From: Amoebidium appalachense
Lineage: Eukaryota > Protista > Ichthyosporea
Assembly: GCA_963693365.1 (NCBI GenBank)
Contig: CAVNZM010000016.1
Span: 1,557,538-1,621,537, forward strand
Direction of reading: 5' to 3'
DNA: 64,000 bases
The position numbers were made by a program, and so were the translations under genes. A model generated the notes under the pieces. It was given only the letters and a program-made list of their open reading frames with translations. It did no database searches and was not told the DNA's origin. Shown here piece after piece: positions 13,284-45,307 of the stretch (position 1 is the first letter of the stretch; the number at the start of each line of letters is the position of its first letter).

Positions 13284-14996
13284 TCCTCCCAAAAACACAA
13301 CGTAAATGCACACACATTCACATGTGGGCGCACACACACATTCACCTGCCCCCCCCCCCCTCTCCCCCCCCCCCAAAAAAAAAAAAAAAAAAAAAGAGAG
13401 AGAGAAGAAAGGAAGAAAGAAAAGAAAAAAAAGAAAAAAAAGGGTGCACCATTCACCTTTAACGTAGTTCACAGTTTACGTAGGTATTGCCTGACCTTTC
13501 TCCTTCCGGAGGGAGTTCAACACCAAAGTCTCATAAGCAAAGAGAATACTGCAATATGGTTTCATTTATTTGTTTAATTTTTTTTGTTTATAATAATATT
13601 CCAAACCTCCGACTATATGGTGGGTACCAGCCCCTAGGAGCCTACTACACCAACCTTACTAAACTCGGACTGAGCCTGGAGCAGAGGAGGGCAGAGGTAG
13701 CAAAACGAACAAGAGTAGTTATTACAATTATATGCGGTTTTGTTTCCAGGTAAAAAGAGATGTAGGCCTACTAAGGTGTTTCGAAAAGGATTGCTGTAAA
13801 TATTAATTAACTCAGTCTGGTACCGTACTAGTGCAACCAAACAAATGCACATGTTGTCACGGAAAATGAATCAGCGTAAGGAGGAATAGGGGAAGGTCCC
13901 CGGCGAGGGGGGGGGGGGGGGGGGGGGGGGGGGATCCGTCTACGGGAGAAATCAAGCTGCCCAGTTTATGAAATCCAACCTTTGGAACTTCTGATGGATC
14001 GTGATGTTGGTGACTTCAAAAATTCCAGGTTTCCTGTCTCTTTTAAAGTGAGCCTGCCTGATAGTGCCTGTGCATGTTCTACGCTGTTATGTTGACGAAA
14101 TCTGAACACAAAAACGCATGCAGCCTGTCTTGCCGATGCCGACAAACAGACAAAAGTCAAGTGCGACTGGGTGGGGGGATGGGCGGGGAGATGGGGGGGG
14201 GGGGGGGGGGGGGGGGGGAAGGGTAAGAAACACACCAAAAATGGATGGAGGGATATTACTGCCCTTAGTTCTCCGTGGCAAAACGAGGTGACAACCATGC
14301 CCATTCCAACCATGGTGAAAAGAAAATCTCTAGATTCACACTATTCAAACCCCAAAGTATTGAAAATACACAAGGGAGACCAGGCAACCAAAAATGCAGA
14401 ACAAATACGGCAGTCCACGGGCAAGAAGAATAGACAGTGGGACGGGGATGGAGGTGGGGAGCGGGGGGGGAGGGGGGCCGGGGGGGAGGGGGTGGAAGGA
14501 GGACCTTTCAGAGTTTGGTCATTCATCTGCAGCAGATTTTGGAGAGAGGTGCACACAAGGGAGGGGTGAACATGTTTACCGCCGAATGATTCACAAATAA
14601 GAGAAAAGAGCTAATACTTGGCATGAATGCTGCAATTTCAGCCACAGAAAAAGGGGAAAAAAATTCAAACGAAAAAGTGATTCAGACAAAGGCTGCCAAG
14701 CATGGCATGTGCAACGAATGGGACATGAGGGGGCAAGAGCATTAAATTTTGAATCCAACGTTAAGGCAGCGATAGGTTTGGAGTCACCCGGACATACCAT
14801 TTTCGGCTTCAGCTTCATACCAAGCCCATTGTACCTATTAAGAAATGCCTGAAGGGGCTTAAAGCCCAGAAACAAGCAGTGAAAGAATGAAAAAAGGGTG
14901 TTGAGAATCAAGGACTTAGGATTTCCCAGAACGGGCACATGCAAGTTGTGAAAGGCAAGGAGAACAGGGGGGCGGCGGCGGCGGCGGCGGCGGCGG

Positions 14997-15045
<49 letters not shown>

Positions 15046-15088
15046 TAATTAAAGAAAACCCTTAGGAGAATGAACCGCGTGAAAAAAG

Positions 15089-15124
<36 letters not shown>

Positions 15125-15230
15125 AGAGAGAAGGAATGCAGAACGCAAACAAGTGAAGTCTGGAAGGGCCCGGTGTGTGTACACATGAAAGATTCGAGGC
15201 CTCCTATCAGATTAGGAGGCCTTGGAAAGT

Positions 15231-15590
15231 GAGCCGCTTCGCGCTGATCTAAATTTCTAAATATCTAGATTGTTAAATTTACGTATAAAATGTCCGCAAT
15301 CCGATCGATCTGTTAAAGTGTTAAAGTTTGCATAAAATCTAGATTGATTTCGACCCTCTTCCAGATAAGCGCATCTGGAAGAGGGGGAGGGGGGGTCTTC
15401 CAGATGTTTAGGATGAGACGATTGGTCCTTGGGACTCGCCTAAATATCTCTTATCCATAGGATTGAGATCTACGATTCAGTTTCTAAACTGCTTTACGCG
15501 AATCGAGCAGACTTTTAGATATTTAGAGAACGGCATTGGTTCTCTAAATTTGCCAAGTATTTAGTTATTTAGATCAACGCGAAGCGACTC
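15231..15590. mobile_element. MITE with ~24-bp TIRs and 3-bp target duplication AGT
   Basis: Left end gagccgcttcgcgctgatctaaat versus reverse complement of right end gagtcgcttcgcgttgatctaaat; agt on both flanks; internal hairpin ccctcttccagat/atctggaagaggg; no coding capacity. Confidence 0.75.
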
Positions 15591-17273
15591 AGTCTGTAGG
15601 ACTGGAATCGCCTAGAAGTTCGAATCTTGAAATTCTACAAACCTATGCCGCCTTCATGACCTGTAGCCAATCGTGATTCCAGCTTTCGCCTGCTGAAAAC
15701 GATAGGCAGCACAAGAACAAAAATTCACTTAGTTCAAGAAATCTCTGTACTAATGTTTTGTATCTATAGCTACATACACACATTAATCTTGCTAGTGTAC
15801 GTAATTATTTTTGTAAGAATGTACATTTTTATACCACTTACTTCTGCTTGCATTTTGCTCCCTTCATTGTTTAGTGGAAGTAATGAGGACCAATCATAAG
15901 GTGGCTCTTGGCAACACGAATCGTCTTTTGGACCAAACCATATAAGGAAGGTAGTTTGAGGAATGCCAGTGGTTGCAAGGATGAGCCATATTGTTGTCGT
16001 CTCCCTCAAAGCTTTCATCAAAGAAGATAAAATAGGTAAATAATATTCTCAGTAAATTCAAAATCTAACAGGAAAATAAAGAATACATACCTTCAAGCAA
16101 CTTGGCGCAAGCCTATTACAGTCGTATACAAGTCTTTTTCAATTTTTCATGGAGACGTCTGCGATTGGCTGAGGGGGACAAAAGATATCAGCGATTTATG
16201 GCAAATATGTGCGGCCACAAGCCGAAGTGTCTCTATCAATGCAAGAGTTTAAACCCTTGGTTTTACTTTGTATGATTCATATGTAAACACAACTAATGGC
16301 TTTTGTAAAAAAAATCCATACCGAATAAAGCGTCTAAAAATACCTTTATTACATACCCCATCTAGATGGGTGAGTGCGTAACCATCCCTTCGTATTCGAA
16401 CTCTTTGCCCCGCCTCTTCCATTGCATACCAACGCCCCTCTAAAATCATCGATCGACAGTTCGACGGTCACTCGGTCCCATTTCCAGTGAGATTTGTAAG
16501 TCCCTTCGTTTACGTTTATGCTCGAGTAATTTTCATGTTGGTTTTAGAGGAAAGAGAGCTTATAGAAGTGTGATTGTTAGAATCTGCATAGTATTTTTGG
16601 TTGCAGAGAAGTACTGGGGTTGCGGCGCTGGTGTGAGATTTCCAACAGTCGGCCGTTTTGAGTAGGGGTGCACACACACAGAAACATGGATGAATTTCAC
16701 AGCACGAGTTGTTGTTTTCGTGCCGAAAAATGAGGAGGGAAATGGTAGTAAATGTGCACCAAGGTAGAGGAAACAAAAAAGCAGAGCTCTCACTTGCTAT
16801 GAAGCTTGTTGCTCAGCCTTGACGTTTGTTGAAAGTTCACGAACCAGCAAAGAGGAACAAGTAGCCTGGTTCTTTTGGAGTCGGTGCGATCTTTTCCTTA
16901 GTTAGCCGAGAAAAATTTCGCATGCTTCTTTGGCAGAATAAGTCTTTTTCTTTTAAAATTTCTAACCAGCCATATTATGGGTGTGTGAAAATAGCATTCG
17001 GGAGATATCTATAGCAAGCGGCGCTGTTTTTGGTGAGTTTTTCACCGTGGGGGCACCGGGGAAAGGGAAAACGAAATTCACCGCAGACCCTCACAGCCCA
17101 GTGAACTTTAAACCTCTATAATTGCTGGTGTTCAAACGAGGATAACATGTTCGTGCTGTATGTAGAGGAGTGTGCAACCCCTTTTTAAGCTCCAAAAGAG
17201 ACGATTTTCACACCCATTTTAAATACGTATTATCTCACATTTTTCTGGTGTATGCAGGCTGAGATACTACAAG

Positions 17274-26034
<8,761 letters not shown>

Positions 26035-26795
26035 AATGTAGGCATTGTTAGCCTAATTTGGTAATCAAGGTAAAAGTTTGTGGTTTGTGTCTAGGTGCTT
26101 TAGCTGAAGTCATAGATTTAAAGAGATCTTAGTACCAGGTAACTTGGAGCAATGTGAGTTTGTTCCGAGTGGTAAAAAAAAAAAATGTCCATAGAGGAAT
26201 TATAATGTTTCTTTCTTTGTGTGGGTGTCGGTAGACGGCAGAGTGAGTGTAGGTGTTGTACGCCTGAGATTTCCTCCACAAGCAGATAAGAAAAATTTAC
26301 AGCTTCCAGTTTTAAGCCAGTTGTATATGAAGGGTTCCCCTCTTATTGGAATCACCGAGTTCCTGAAATGTAAATCTGTGCTCTTATTAGATTAAAGGAG
26401 GGAGAAGGGGGTGGGTGGTGGTGGTGGTGATGTCTGTGTGTGTTTGGGGGGAGAGGGGTGGTTTGGCACGCCGATTTAGTTTTAGTCCCTGTCATTTTGG
26501 GTGGCCTTTTAGACCAAGATAGAAAGAGGCTCCAAATTAACATATACAATCGTTATTAAATGAACTTAAACTGTTCCCCCTTATCTTTTTGCGACATTAT
26601 CACCATTGTCAGTAAAGTATAACAACGTAGACGAATAAAGAATGTAAATAGAACGATTTTAAGCTCTTGTGTACCGCTGTACCCTATCCTTGTTATGTGT
26701 GTGAAATTTTGTTACAACTGTTTGGACTGTGAAGGATTGCTGCTACCTATCTTCCTCTCCCTCTCCCTTTCCCTCTCCCTCTCCCTACCTCCGGA

Positions 26796-26838
<43 letters not shown>

Positions 26839-28023
26839 CCCCCCCCCCCCCTCTCTCTCTCTGTCTCTTCCCCCCCCTCCCACACCCTCCCCCGCCCTTC
26901 TCTCCCTCTCTGTATTCTATCTCTTTCTTCTCCCCTCCCGCCTTCCCCCCACTCCCTCCCTATCCTTCGGCCCCTGTGTATGTGTGTGCATAATATTAGA
27001 TCCCCATCCCCCCCCCCCCCCCCCCCCCCCCCCCCCGCCCCGCCCCCCCCCCCCCCCTCCCAAACACCACCACCTCCACCGGTTACCCCACATTACCCCA
27101 ACTGGCCATTAATTTGGGCCAACCATAGGGAAAGGCTTATACACTTGTTGCTCTCTCATTCTCTGCATCCTCTCCCTCCTCCTTCTTCCCTTCCTTCCCT
27201 TTTAAGCCAGTGCCTATTGTAGTTTTGCCATCATGTCCCACACAGAATCATTACAATATGTCCATAGAATTTAAGCCTAGCATCAGCAAGCATACACACA
27301 TCCTCCTCCTCCCCGTCCTTCCCCCCCCCACCCCCCAACACACACACACATACACACGTCACACACACACACACGTCACACACCGCCCACCGACCCACCC
27401 ATCCACCATCACCACCACCGGCCCTTAACCGTTTCATCCTGCGCCAAACCGTGACTGAACCGCCCCATTAGCACCGTAACCTAGCGTGACACTCAAAAGC
27501 TCTTCGAAAATTACCAACATGTCACGAGTCAACCCATGCCATTGGCTCAGATAACTGTGACCTTACTCGAGAATTCCCTGTTTTGCAATGCCCCTCAAGA
27601 TCGTGATCAACTTGTAGTTGTGCATGATCAACTTGTAGTCGTGCGCACTTCCAAAAGCGGATATCTTGATTTGACCTCTGAGGACTACCGAACGCTACTT
27701 AGGCCATATCTGTAGCATGATTTGACACGGCGCTCGAGGGAGAGGGACAGGGAGAGAGGAGGAGGAGGAGGGGGGGAGGGGGGGAGGAGTTAGCCGGTTG
27801 CCCATACCAACTGCCCCTCCTCCGGCCGCCCCCTCCGTATTCGGATCCCCCCCCCCCCCCCCCCCCCCCCCCTCCCCCCTCCCCCCCCCCCTCCTCCCTC
27901 CCCCCACGTGCATTCACCGACCCACCATGATGATCCCCCTCTCGGCACTGGACCCTGACTGCAGCTCTGCCCCTCATGGCCACTTTTTATAAACCGTAAG
28001 GGTCGTACTGGCCTTCCTCTTCT

Positions 28024-28057
<34 letters not shown>

Positions 28058-28319
28058 CTCCCCCACTCCTTTCCGGGCCCACTTGTCAACTCTCAGGTAC
28101 TCAGAATCGACTTGATCCCAGTAGAAATTTTCTGCAAAAAGCAGATTTGCCTTAAGTTCTGCTCAGTCTGTGATTCGTCAAGCAGAATTATTCCGCAAAA
28201 AGTATTCTGCTCACAGCAGCAGATCAAAATTTGCTCCAAGCAGAATAATTATGTGTTTTGCAGGATACTGACTCTGCACACTGATGATCGATCCTACATT
28301 TAGCTGAATGGTTCTGCCC

Positions 28320-28960
28320 GTACTTGAAAGATCCAAGCAGTTTTCCAATCAATAAAGCCAACACATCGTGCACCAACTTGCATAGAATCGTGCAGTGCCA
28401 TTATTTGAACATAACATGAATTGTTCTTACGAAAAGCGGATTGGCATGGGTGTATGTGAAGAATAGATTGAAACCTAGGGTGATGTGCAAATGACCTAAG
28501 TAAGCAAGCTTCAAAGAATCTACGAACAACCTGGGTTAGTGTGATGGGGCGAAAAGATGGTATGGGGCCCTCAGAGTCCTTCTTAACTACGGGGATCACT
28601 AAGGTATCTAACCAAGATGACTGACGGGACATGTCCACACCAAGAAAAGAGAGAGCTTAACATAATAGTAAGATCAGGTTTAATAAAACGACCACTTTCC
28701 TTTTGTGGGTAGGAGGGAACAAGGATTTTAAGAAACCCAGCAGGAAGTCCATCAGGTCCACAAGACTTACTAGAGCTATAACTAGATATCACAGACCATA
28801 TGGTATCGGGACTGAAAAAGGGGAGGATCGATTCTATGGGGATAGATGGGTCTACAGGCCACACAGGTCTGAGTCCGAGAAATACTTATCAGAGTCTATT
28901 GGATCTCCAATGTTTCTCAAAGTAAAGTTGAGCTTTCCTATTGGCTACTTTTAAAGTGAT
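28320..28960 (-). mobile_element. Degenerate non-LTR retrotransposon (LINE) reverse-transcriptase fragment
   Basis: KSCGPDGLPAGFLK, then after a frameshift near 28635 SWLDTLVIPVVKK..FRPITLTQVVRRFFE..IHPCQSAFRKNNSC..GFIDWKTA, matching early non-LTR RT subdomains; truncated before the YADD motif. Confidence 0.88.
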
Positions 28961-29144
28961 GTCATTATTATGATTGTTTAAAGCTTAGCATCGTCCTTAT
29001 TGGTCCGTTCTTTGGCCGTCAGATTCCAATTTTTATCCCTAGTATTTATAAACACGCAAGCGTACCCTTCGCAGAGTTAGTTTTTCACGTCCTTCCACTC
29101 ACCCCCACCCTCTTTCCTTTTTTTCTTTCTTTCCAACCAAAAAG

Positions 29145-30414
29145 ATGACCAAGCCTGTTGCTTGTGTTGCCTTGGCGTTCTTTGGTGCCGCCAGCGCCGC
29201 TCCCAGCACCACTAGTGTGCCGATGTCTAACGAGGTCATTGCACTCTACATGGGCAAATGCCAGGGTATGTTGACAACATGGTCCCTCTGCATGCGAGAT
29301 GTGAGATGTGTGCTGTGTGAATGTTCACGTGAATAGGAGCATCATGCGTATGGGTAATAGGTAGTAGCTGTGACGTTCGTGTGTGCTTGTACAGCATGCA
29401 TGACCCCGTGTGCACATGCGTAGATGTTGGCCTCACGTCTAATTCTATTCTTATTGTGTGGGTGCCATCTAAACACGACTTTCTTTGAGCGTTACCGTTG
29501 TATGAAAGGTTTCAAATTGTCAGAAAGCTAACATTTAACGGTAAGCTCTACTTTCATCTTCCAAAAACCCTCATGTTGACACACCCACATCAGCAATTCA
29601 TGGTGCAATCGGCAATCTCATGTCCGAGCTATCAACATACGTTTGTCAAGGACTTCTTCCGTTCTGCAAGACTTTATGACACCAACCGAGTTTCGTATTT
29701 TTCTTGCTTGGCTTTGTTTCGTTCTTACGTGAAAATGACTGCAAAACTCTTTTTGAAGTCCCGGCCCCTTCTACCCCAAAGTTTCCTCACCTTGAGCCAC
29801 CCCCCTACCTTCCCCCCACACAGTTATAAACACCGTTTCAAAGATCGGTCCCACAACCTCTTCTCCAAACCCCCCCCCCCCAAAAAAAAAAAAAAAAAAA
29901 AAAACTACCACCACCACCACCACCACATCCGGTATAAACAACACAAACACAGACACGCACACACGAGTACCCACTGTCCTGCATTTGCCCATCCCCCCTC
30001 CCCCTCCCCCCCCCCCCCCCCTCTCCCCCCCCCCCCCCCCCCCCCCCAAACCTCCTCCCCCCCTTCCCTTTTCATCCCGCCGCCCTCCCTTTTCTAATTA
30101 TTGCTCCACCATAGGGGATGCTATCTTTGCCATTCCCGTGCCTTCTTCCAGTGGCACGTGTGTCAAGCAAGAGTTCCAGCAAGACCAAGACGACCCTCAG
30201 CAGTATGCCATGTACACACAGAACAGTGACAGCGTGACAATGAAGGGCGGCTGCCCCACAAGCACCTGCACAAGCTGCGCGGGAGAGGTGTGTGTGTGCC
30301 TGCCCTTTTACCCCTTCCTCCTCCACACCCCCCCCCCCCCCCCCTCTCCCTCCTCCCCTCCCAGCCCCTCCCTCCCCCTTCCCCCTCCCCTTCTCCCCTC
30401 CCATCCTACCCACC

Positions 30415-30445
<31 letters not shown>

Positions 30446-31432
30446 ACCTCACCCCCATCAACGCACACACACACACACATACACAAACACACGCATGAAC
30501 AACCACGGAAATACACAGAAGAGAGCCTGAGAGAGAACAAAGGAAAGCGTAAGCTGTACTCCCCTTTTCATATCTCCCCCCCCCCCCCCCCCCCCCCCGG
30601 CCCTCCACTGGGCCCCCTTCCTCCAAACAAACACACGTGCACACACACAGCTGCTCTTAGAGGCCTCAATCTCCATCTTCGAGCCGCCCCCCCCCCCCCC
30701 CCCCCCCCCCAAAAAAATAAAAAAAAATTAATAATGATAATAATAATAATAATAATTCCTCCATACACACACGCGCGCGCACACACACACATGTACACAC
30801 CACCACGACTATTTTTAGGGTCGGTCGCATCCCCTTCCCATAAATGCTTGATCAGAAAACGCAGGATCCTAACTAATCAATTTCCCTCCTCTCCTCCCTC
30901 CCGGCCTCCCCCCCCCTTCCCCTCCTCCCCTTTCTTCCCATCTTCCCCCCCCCCCCCCCCCCCCCCTAAAAAAAAAAAAAAAAAAAAAAAAAAACAAAAA
31001 AAAACACAACAGTTCGTGTTCAAGAAGAACGAGTGTGTCCGGTTCAAGAACCTCGGCACGGACAAGTCGGATGACGACGACGAAGAGAGCCCCATCTGGG
31101 CCATGTACACGAGCAAGGACTCTGTGAAAGTCAACATGGGCGGTATGTTCAGCATGATCCCTGGAATGTTTTCTTCCATCATGTCCGATGTGGAAACTGC
31201 AATGCCCACTGGATTCCCCATGCCTACTGGCTTCCCCATCATTCCTGGTATGCCTGAAATGCCGACAGGAATGCCTGGAATGCCGACAAGTATGCCTGGT
31301 ATGCAGACGGACATGCCTATGGCGACTGGTGGGGATGATAAGATCCCCACTGTGACCCCTACTGAGGAGGTTGGGGTCGAGCCTACACAAACCATGGGGG
31401 TGGATTTGTTTGATCTGCTTGAGGAAATGTGA
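29145..31432 (+). CDS. Secreted protein of unknown function, ~237 aa (exons 29145-29265, 30115-30287, 31013-31432)
   Basis: Signal-peptide-like N-terminus MTKPVACVALAFFGAASA|AP; Cys-containing core with an internal duplication; MPTG/MPG repeat tail; consistent phases; TATA-like tttataaa at ~29045. Confidence 0.8.
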
Positions 31433-31694
31433 GGAAATTTGGAAATTTTGCAGAAACTAGCAAAGGGGATTCCTGTGCAGAGTTTTAAGTTTCGCTCTGA
31501 GAAAACGATGGAAAACTTTGGCTGTTTGACGTTGTGGGTGTTTAACTTTTAGGGCTACTGTTTGATTGGATCTGTACGCAAGTGTAAAACAGTATTTATA
31601 CGGGTGAAAACCTTAAAACCAGCCGAGTGGTATAGTTGGTCACGTAGGACTCGAGTTTGTTTGGTTTTTATTGGAAAGTTTCTCACCGGATAAT

Positions 31695-31770
31695 GGAGTC
31701 AGTGGCCTAAGTCGGAATTGATTTGCGGCTTGCAACATGTATATGATCCGGGCCCGAATCTCGGTTTCCT
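31695..31770 (+). pseudogene. Possible degenerate tRNA or tRNA-derived SINE head
   Basis: A-box-like TGGCCTAAGTCGG, CTTGCAA loop, T-arm-like CCGGG-CCCGAAT-CTCGG and a downstream T5; the stems pair poorly. Confidence 0.25.
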
Positions 31771-32242
31771 GTACACGAGTTGTTTTTCAGCTCAATTTAG
31801 ATCAACCACTAGTATGGCATATACTAGTGGTTGTAGCCTGATATATGTTTTTAATGTTAAGCAGTTGCTGAGGCTGAGCTAGGAATTGAAGCCACGTTTG
31901 TATAAACACAGTAAATCGTCTGTTGAAATCAAATAGACTCTGTGTTCCCCTTCAATTGTAGGTCTGCACACGTATAATGTCGCAGTTCTTTACAGACGCA
32001 AACACGTGCACAAAGTATATGCACATGTGGACAGTCACGCGCGTGCACACACACACATTACACACCGCACCGCGTACAAGCACTTTTGAAGTGTACACAC
32101 ACATGCGCACACCCGCGCACGCACAAACACACATGTACACGCACGCACGCGCAATACACACCGTGACACTCACACATACACACTCTTTCGGACCCCGAGA
32201 CCGGGTGACATATATGTGTGTGTGCTATGTATTTATCGGCCG

Positions 32243-32283
<41 letters not shown>

Positions 32284-32776
32284 TGGGTGTGTGCATGTGG
32301 GTGTGTCTGTATGTATGTGTGATCGTGTCTGTGTGATCACGAGTGTGCGTGTGTTTGTGTGCACTGAACACTTTCAGTGTGGTTTTATTAGCTTGTATTG
32401 TAAATTTACACACAAATCCACACGCTTCCCTCTATAGACCAAAGCGCATGCTATATTAGCAGGTGCAACCGTTTTAAGCTTGTTTCCTGTAGATTGGTCT
32501 TTCTCTAGCTGATGGTATTATTGATCACTTACCACGCTTTTACTGTGCACGTGCTATACAGTGGAGCCCTAATAAGTATAAGGTGGCATCGTTTGCATGC
32601 CCAAACAACACACACACACACCGGTTTAAACGGTCATATATCGCCAAATGTAGTTTGATAGACCACATAATACCACAACACACACACGACACATTCACAA
32701 CAGACACCCAGAAAGATAGCCTACCTGAAAATTACAACACCCTTGATTTTATACTAAATACGCGTAACTATGACCT

Positions 32777-33679
<903 letters not shown>

Positions 33680-33686
33680 TTTGACT

Positions 33687-33752
<66 letters not shown>

Positions 33753-33792
33753 AAAAACAAAAAAAAAAACAAAAAAACACACGTGCACACGT

Positions 33793-33831
<39 letters not shown>

Positions 33832-34162
33832 CACACACACACGTGCACACACACACGTGCACACACCATCCGTCATGATATACCACGATGTCTGGCAGTG
33901 CAGCAACCCCAAAGCAAGCACACAAGCGCGCGTGCGCACACACTGCACACACACACACTCGAAACACACACACACACACTTTTTATGGTCTGCAAATGTA
34001 GACATACCCCGTTTTCACAAAAGACTAACATGTACACCACACTCGGATTCATACCACATCAAAACACAGCATACAAGCACAAGAACCATGTGCACATGCA
34101 GCATTAGTAGCCTGTTTAGTTTCCAGTATGCAGTAAGAAATGTAAAACATGCACACCGGCAA

Positions 34163-34193
<31 letters not shown>

Positions 34194-34257
34194 AAAAAAA
34201 AAAAAATTCCTGATCGACCACCTAATGCCACGTGCACCCACCGTAATTCAGCCAGCA

Positions 34258-34306
<49 letters not shown>

Positions 34307-34470
34307 CGCTTGATCCAAGGAAGGACCCCGTAAAATCGGCACTAAAGTGTGTCCATTCACGTGCATGCATATAAACACCTCATTTTTTTTTACGGCACAC
34401 TAAATAAGAGCTAGAGTGGGAAAGAGGGGGATGGGGGGGAGGGAGGTTTGAGACTAACACTTGCCTTCAG

Positions 34471-34535
<65 letters not shown>

Positions 34536-34738
34536 ACACACGCACACACTCTAGATCTTCCCAAAATCATTTCTTCCACGACGTCTTCCTTCCCCCCTTT
34601 CCTCATCTCTCTCTCCATTTTTGTGTGCGTGTTGTTGGTGTGTGTGTGTGAGTGAGCGTGCGAGTGAGTGCACGCGTGTGTGCTATGCGGAGGAGGACGC
34701 CGGATGAACTAGAGGCGAGGAGGAGCATGAGGGGAAGA

Positions 34739-34773
<35 letters not shown>

Positions 34774-34939
34774 GGAAGCGGGGAAGACGGCAATTTTTCC
34801 CTGATACACTACAAGGAGAATACATTTTCATTCGAATCGGTCCCAGGCACAGCCTGTAACCGTTTAAAATACACACGGACTACGAATAATTCACCACATA
34901 CAGATACATATGTCATATGTGTGCGCACATTTGTGTCTA

Positions 34940-35031
<92 letters not shown>

Positions 35032-35698
35032 CGCACGTGCGTGCCAATATAATGAAAAATTTAGGATGTGAATGTGTCCATGAAACTGCAAATCGTACAA
35101 ACAAACATTACGACATAAGCCATACGAAAATCCACAAAAGCGGGCACCCAGAATCAACAAAGCATTCACGCAAATTAAAAAATATTCAATCGTGATCATA
35201 TAACAGCACAAAGACATTTTATGCCCAAAGGTAGAGCAAATCAATTGCAGCAGAAAACACGATTTACCATAAGAGTTTACCATCAGGAAAAGATTTCGGG
35301 CTTCAAGAGAGCAACTGAATTCCCTAGTTTCGATTATCGGTATTTTTGGACAGTAATGCAGCTTTGTGTCAGATGTCGACTAAAGATTAAGAGTGAAAGT
35401 TCAGTACAAATGTTAACGGAACAGGATTTCCAGAGTGAATTTTTGGAGCAAACGGAATCCCAATACCATGATTTCCGGAATGAAATTCCAGTTCAAACAG
35501 AACAATATAACACACTTTGATTATGGAGGCCTTCGACCCTCTTATTTTTCTATAGGCCAAACGTGCATTACAATCGTGTGACTCATTTACCCGGAACCTT
35601 TTTTTTATATTAACACAGGAGCAAAATAACATCAACGGCTATAATTTGACGTGAACCGGAGTTTCCGTTAATGCAAAACTGTAATTTCCAATAAATCG

Positions 35699-44505
<8,807 letters not shown>

Positions 44506-44984
44506 GTCGCCTCTTGCTGTTCGGCCACAACCGCAATAAAGGAAAAACTCACTCTTGGTGTCTTTGAGCTCTCTAACGTCTGTCTGGCTATGGGGCAACG
44601 ACTTTGCTTCGTAACGGCGGGAATGCAAAAGGATTGTTTTGTATATTCCAGGAAAACGGTTTCTCGACGAAATGTACTTTGATAAGGCTCTTATCTGTAC
44701 ATTATTCAGCCATTTTCAAGTTGTAAACTCACAACTTATAATAACACGTTTTGGTATGCCTTGCTTTTGTTCGCTCACCCCATACACCAACGGACAAACA
44801 CCAAACCCCTCGCCCCTTTCTATAAAAGCCCTTGCTATTTCATGCGTAGCTAGCCCAGCATAATAAATACGTTTAGTAAATGTTCTCCAAAGAATTACTA
44901 CGTCCTTTCTACCCCTTCTATCTCATAGATGTTGTGTGTTCATAAGTAGGCACATGGGGTGAAGTAGAGAGAGGGGACGGACGG

Positions 44985-45003
44985 TTCAAACTGAGCGCCC
45001 AAA
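44985..45003 (-). promoter_or_regulatory. CDE/CHR-like tandem element upstream of cyclin A
   Basis: Minus strand reads TTTGGGCGC-TCAG-TTTGAA: a GC-rich E2F/CDE-like site, 4-nt spacer and CHR consensus TTTGAA, ~480 bp upstream of the ATG. Confidence 0.55.
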
Positions 45004-45307
45004 CGCCAAGCCATTTGTACGTTGGGTCTTTCCGTTTGAAATTGACTGCACCTAGACTGCTGTGATTTATATCAAATCAATATTCAGTATGGGCCAACCG
45101 TGCAGGTCCGCGCGGCCCGCGTTCACTGATTCTTTTTTTTTTAACAAACCCGGCTTCTTCTTCTCATTATTTTCTTAGATAATTGACTGTAATGAGCCTT
45201 ATTTTCACTATAATATATTTCTATAATGCCTAATAATGTGGAGTTTGCACCATAAGTTTTTCTTATTATATAAATTCCCCAATGCAAACTAAGGGCGGCC
45301 ATGCAGC

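Noticed and set aside
15770-16500. Possible minus-strand gene or RING-like remnant (HPCNHWH)
   Set aside because: Stops occur in all frames and I could not build a consistent exon chain or identify a family.
35410-35670. Short inverted repeat ttaacggaa/ttccgttaa as MITE ends
   Set aside because: Only 9 bp with no target duplication; compatible with chance.
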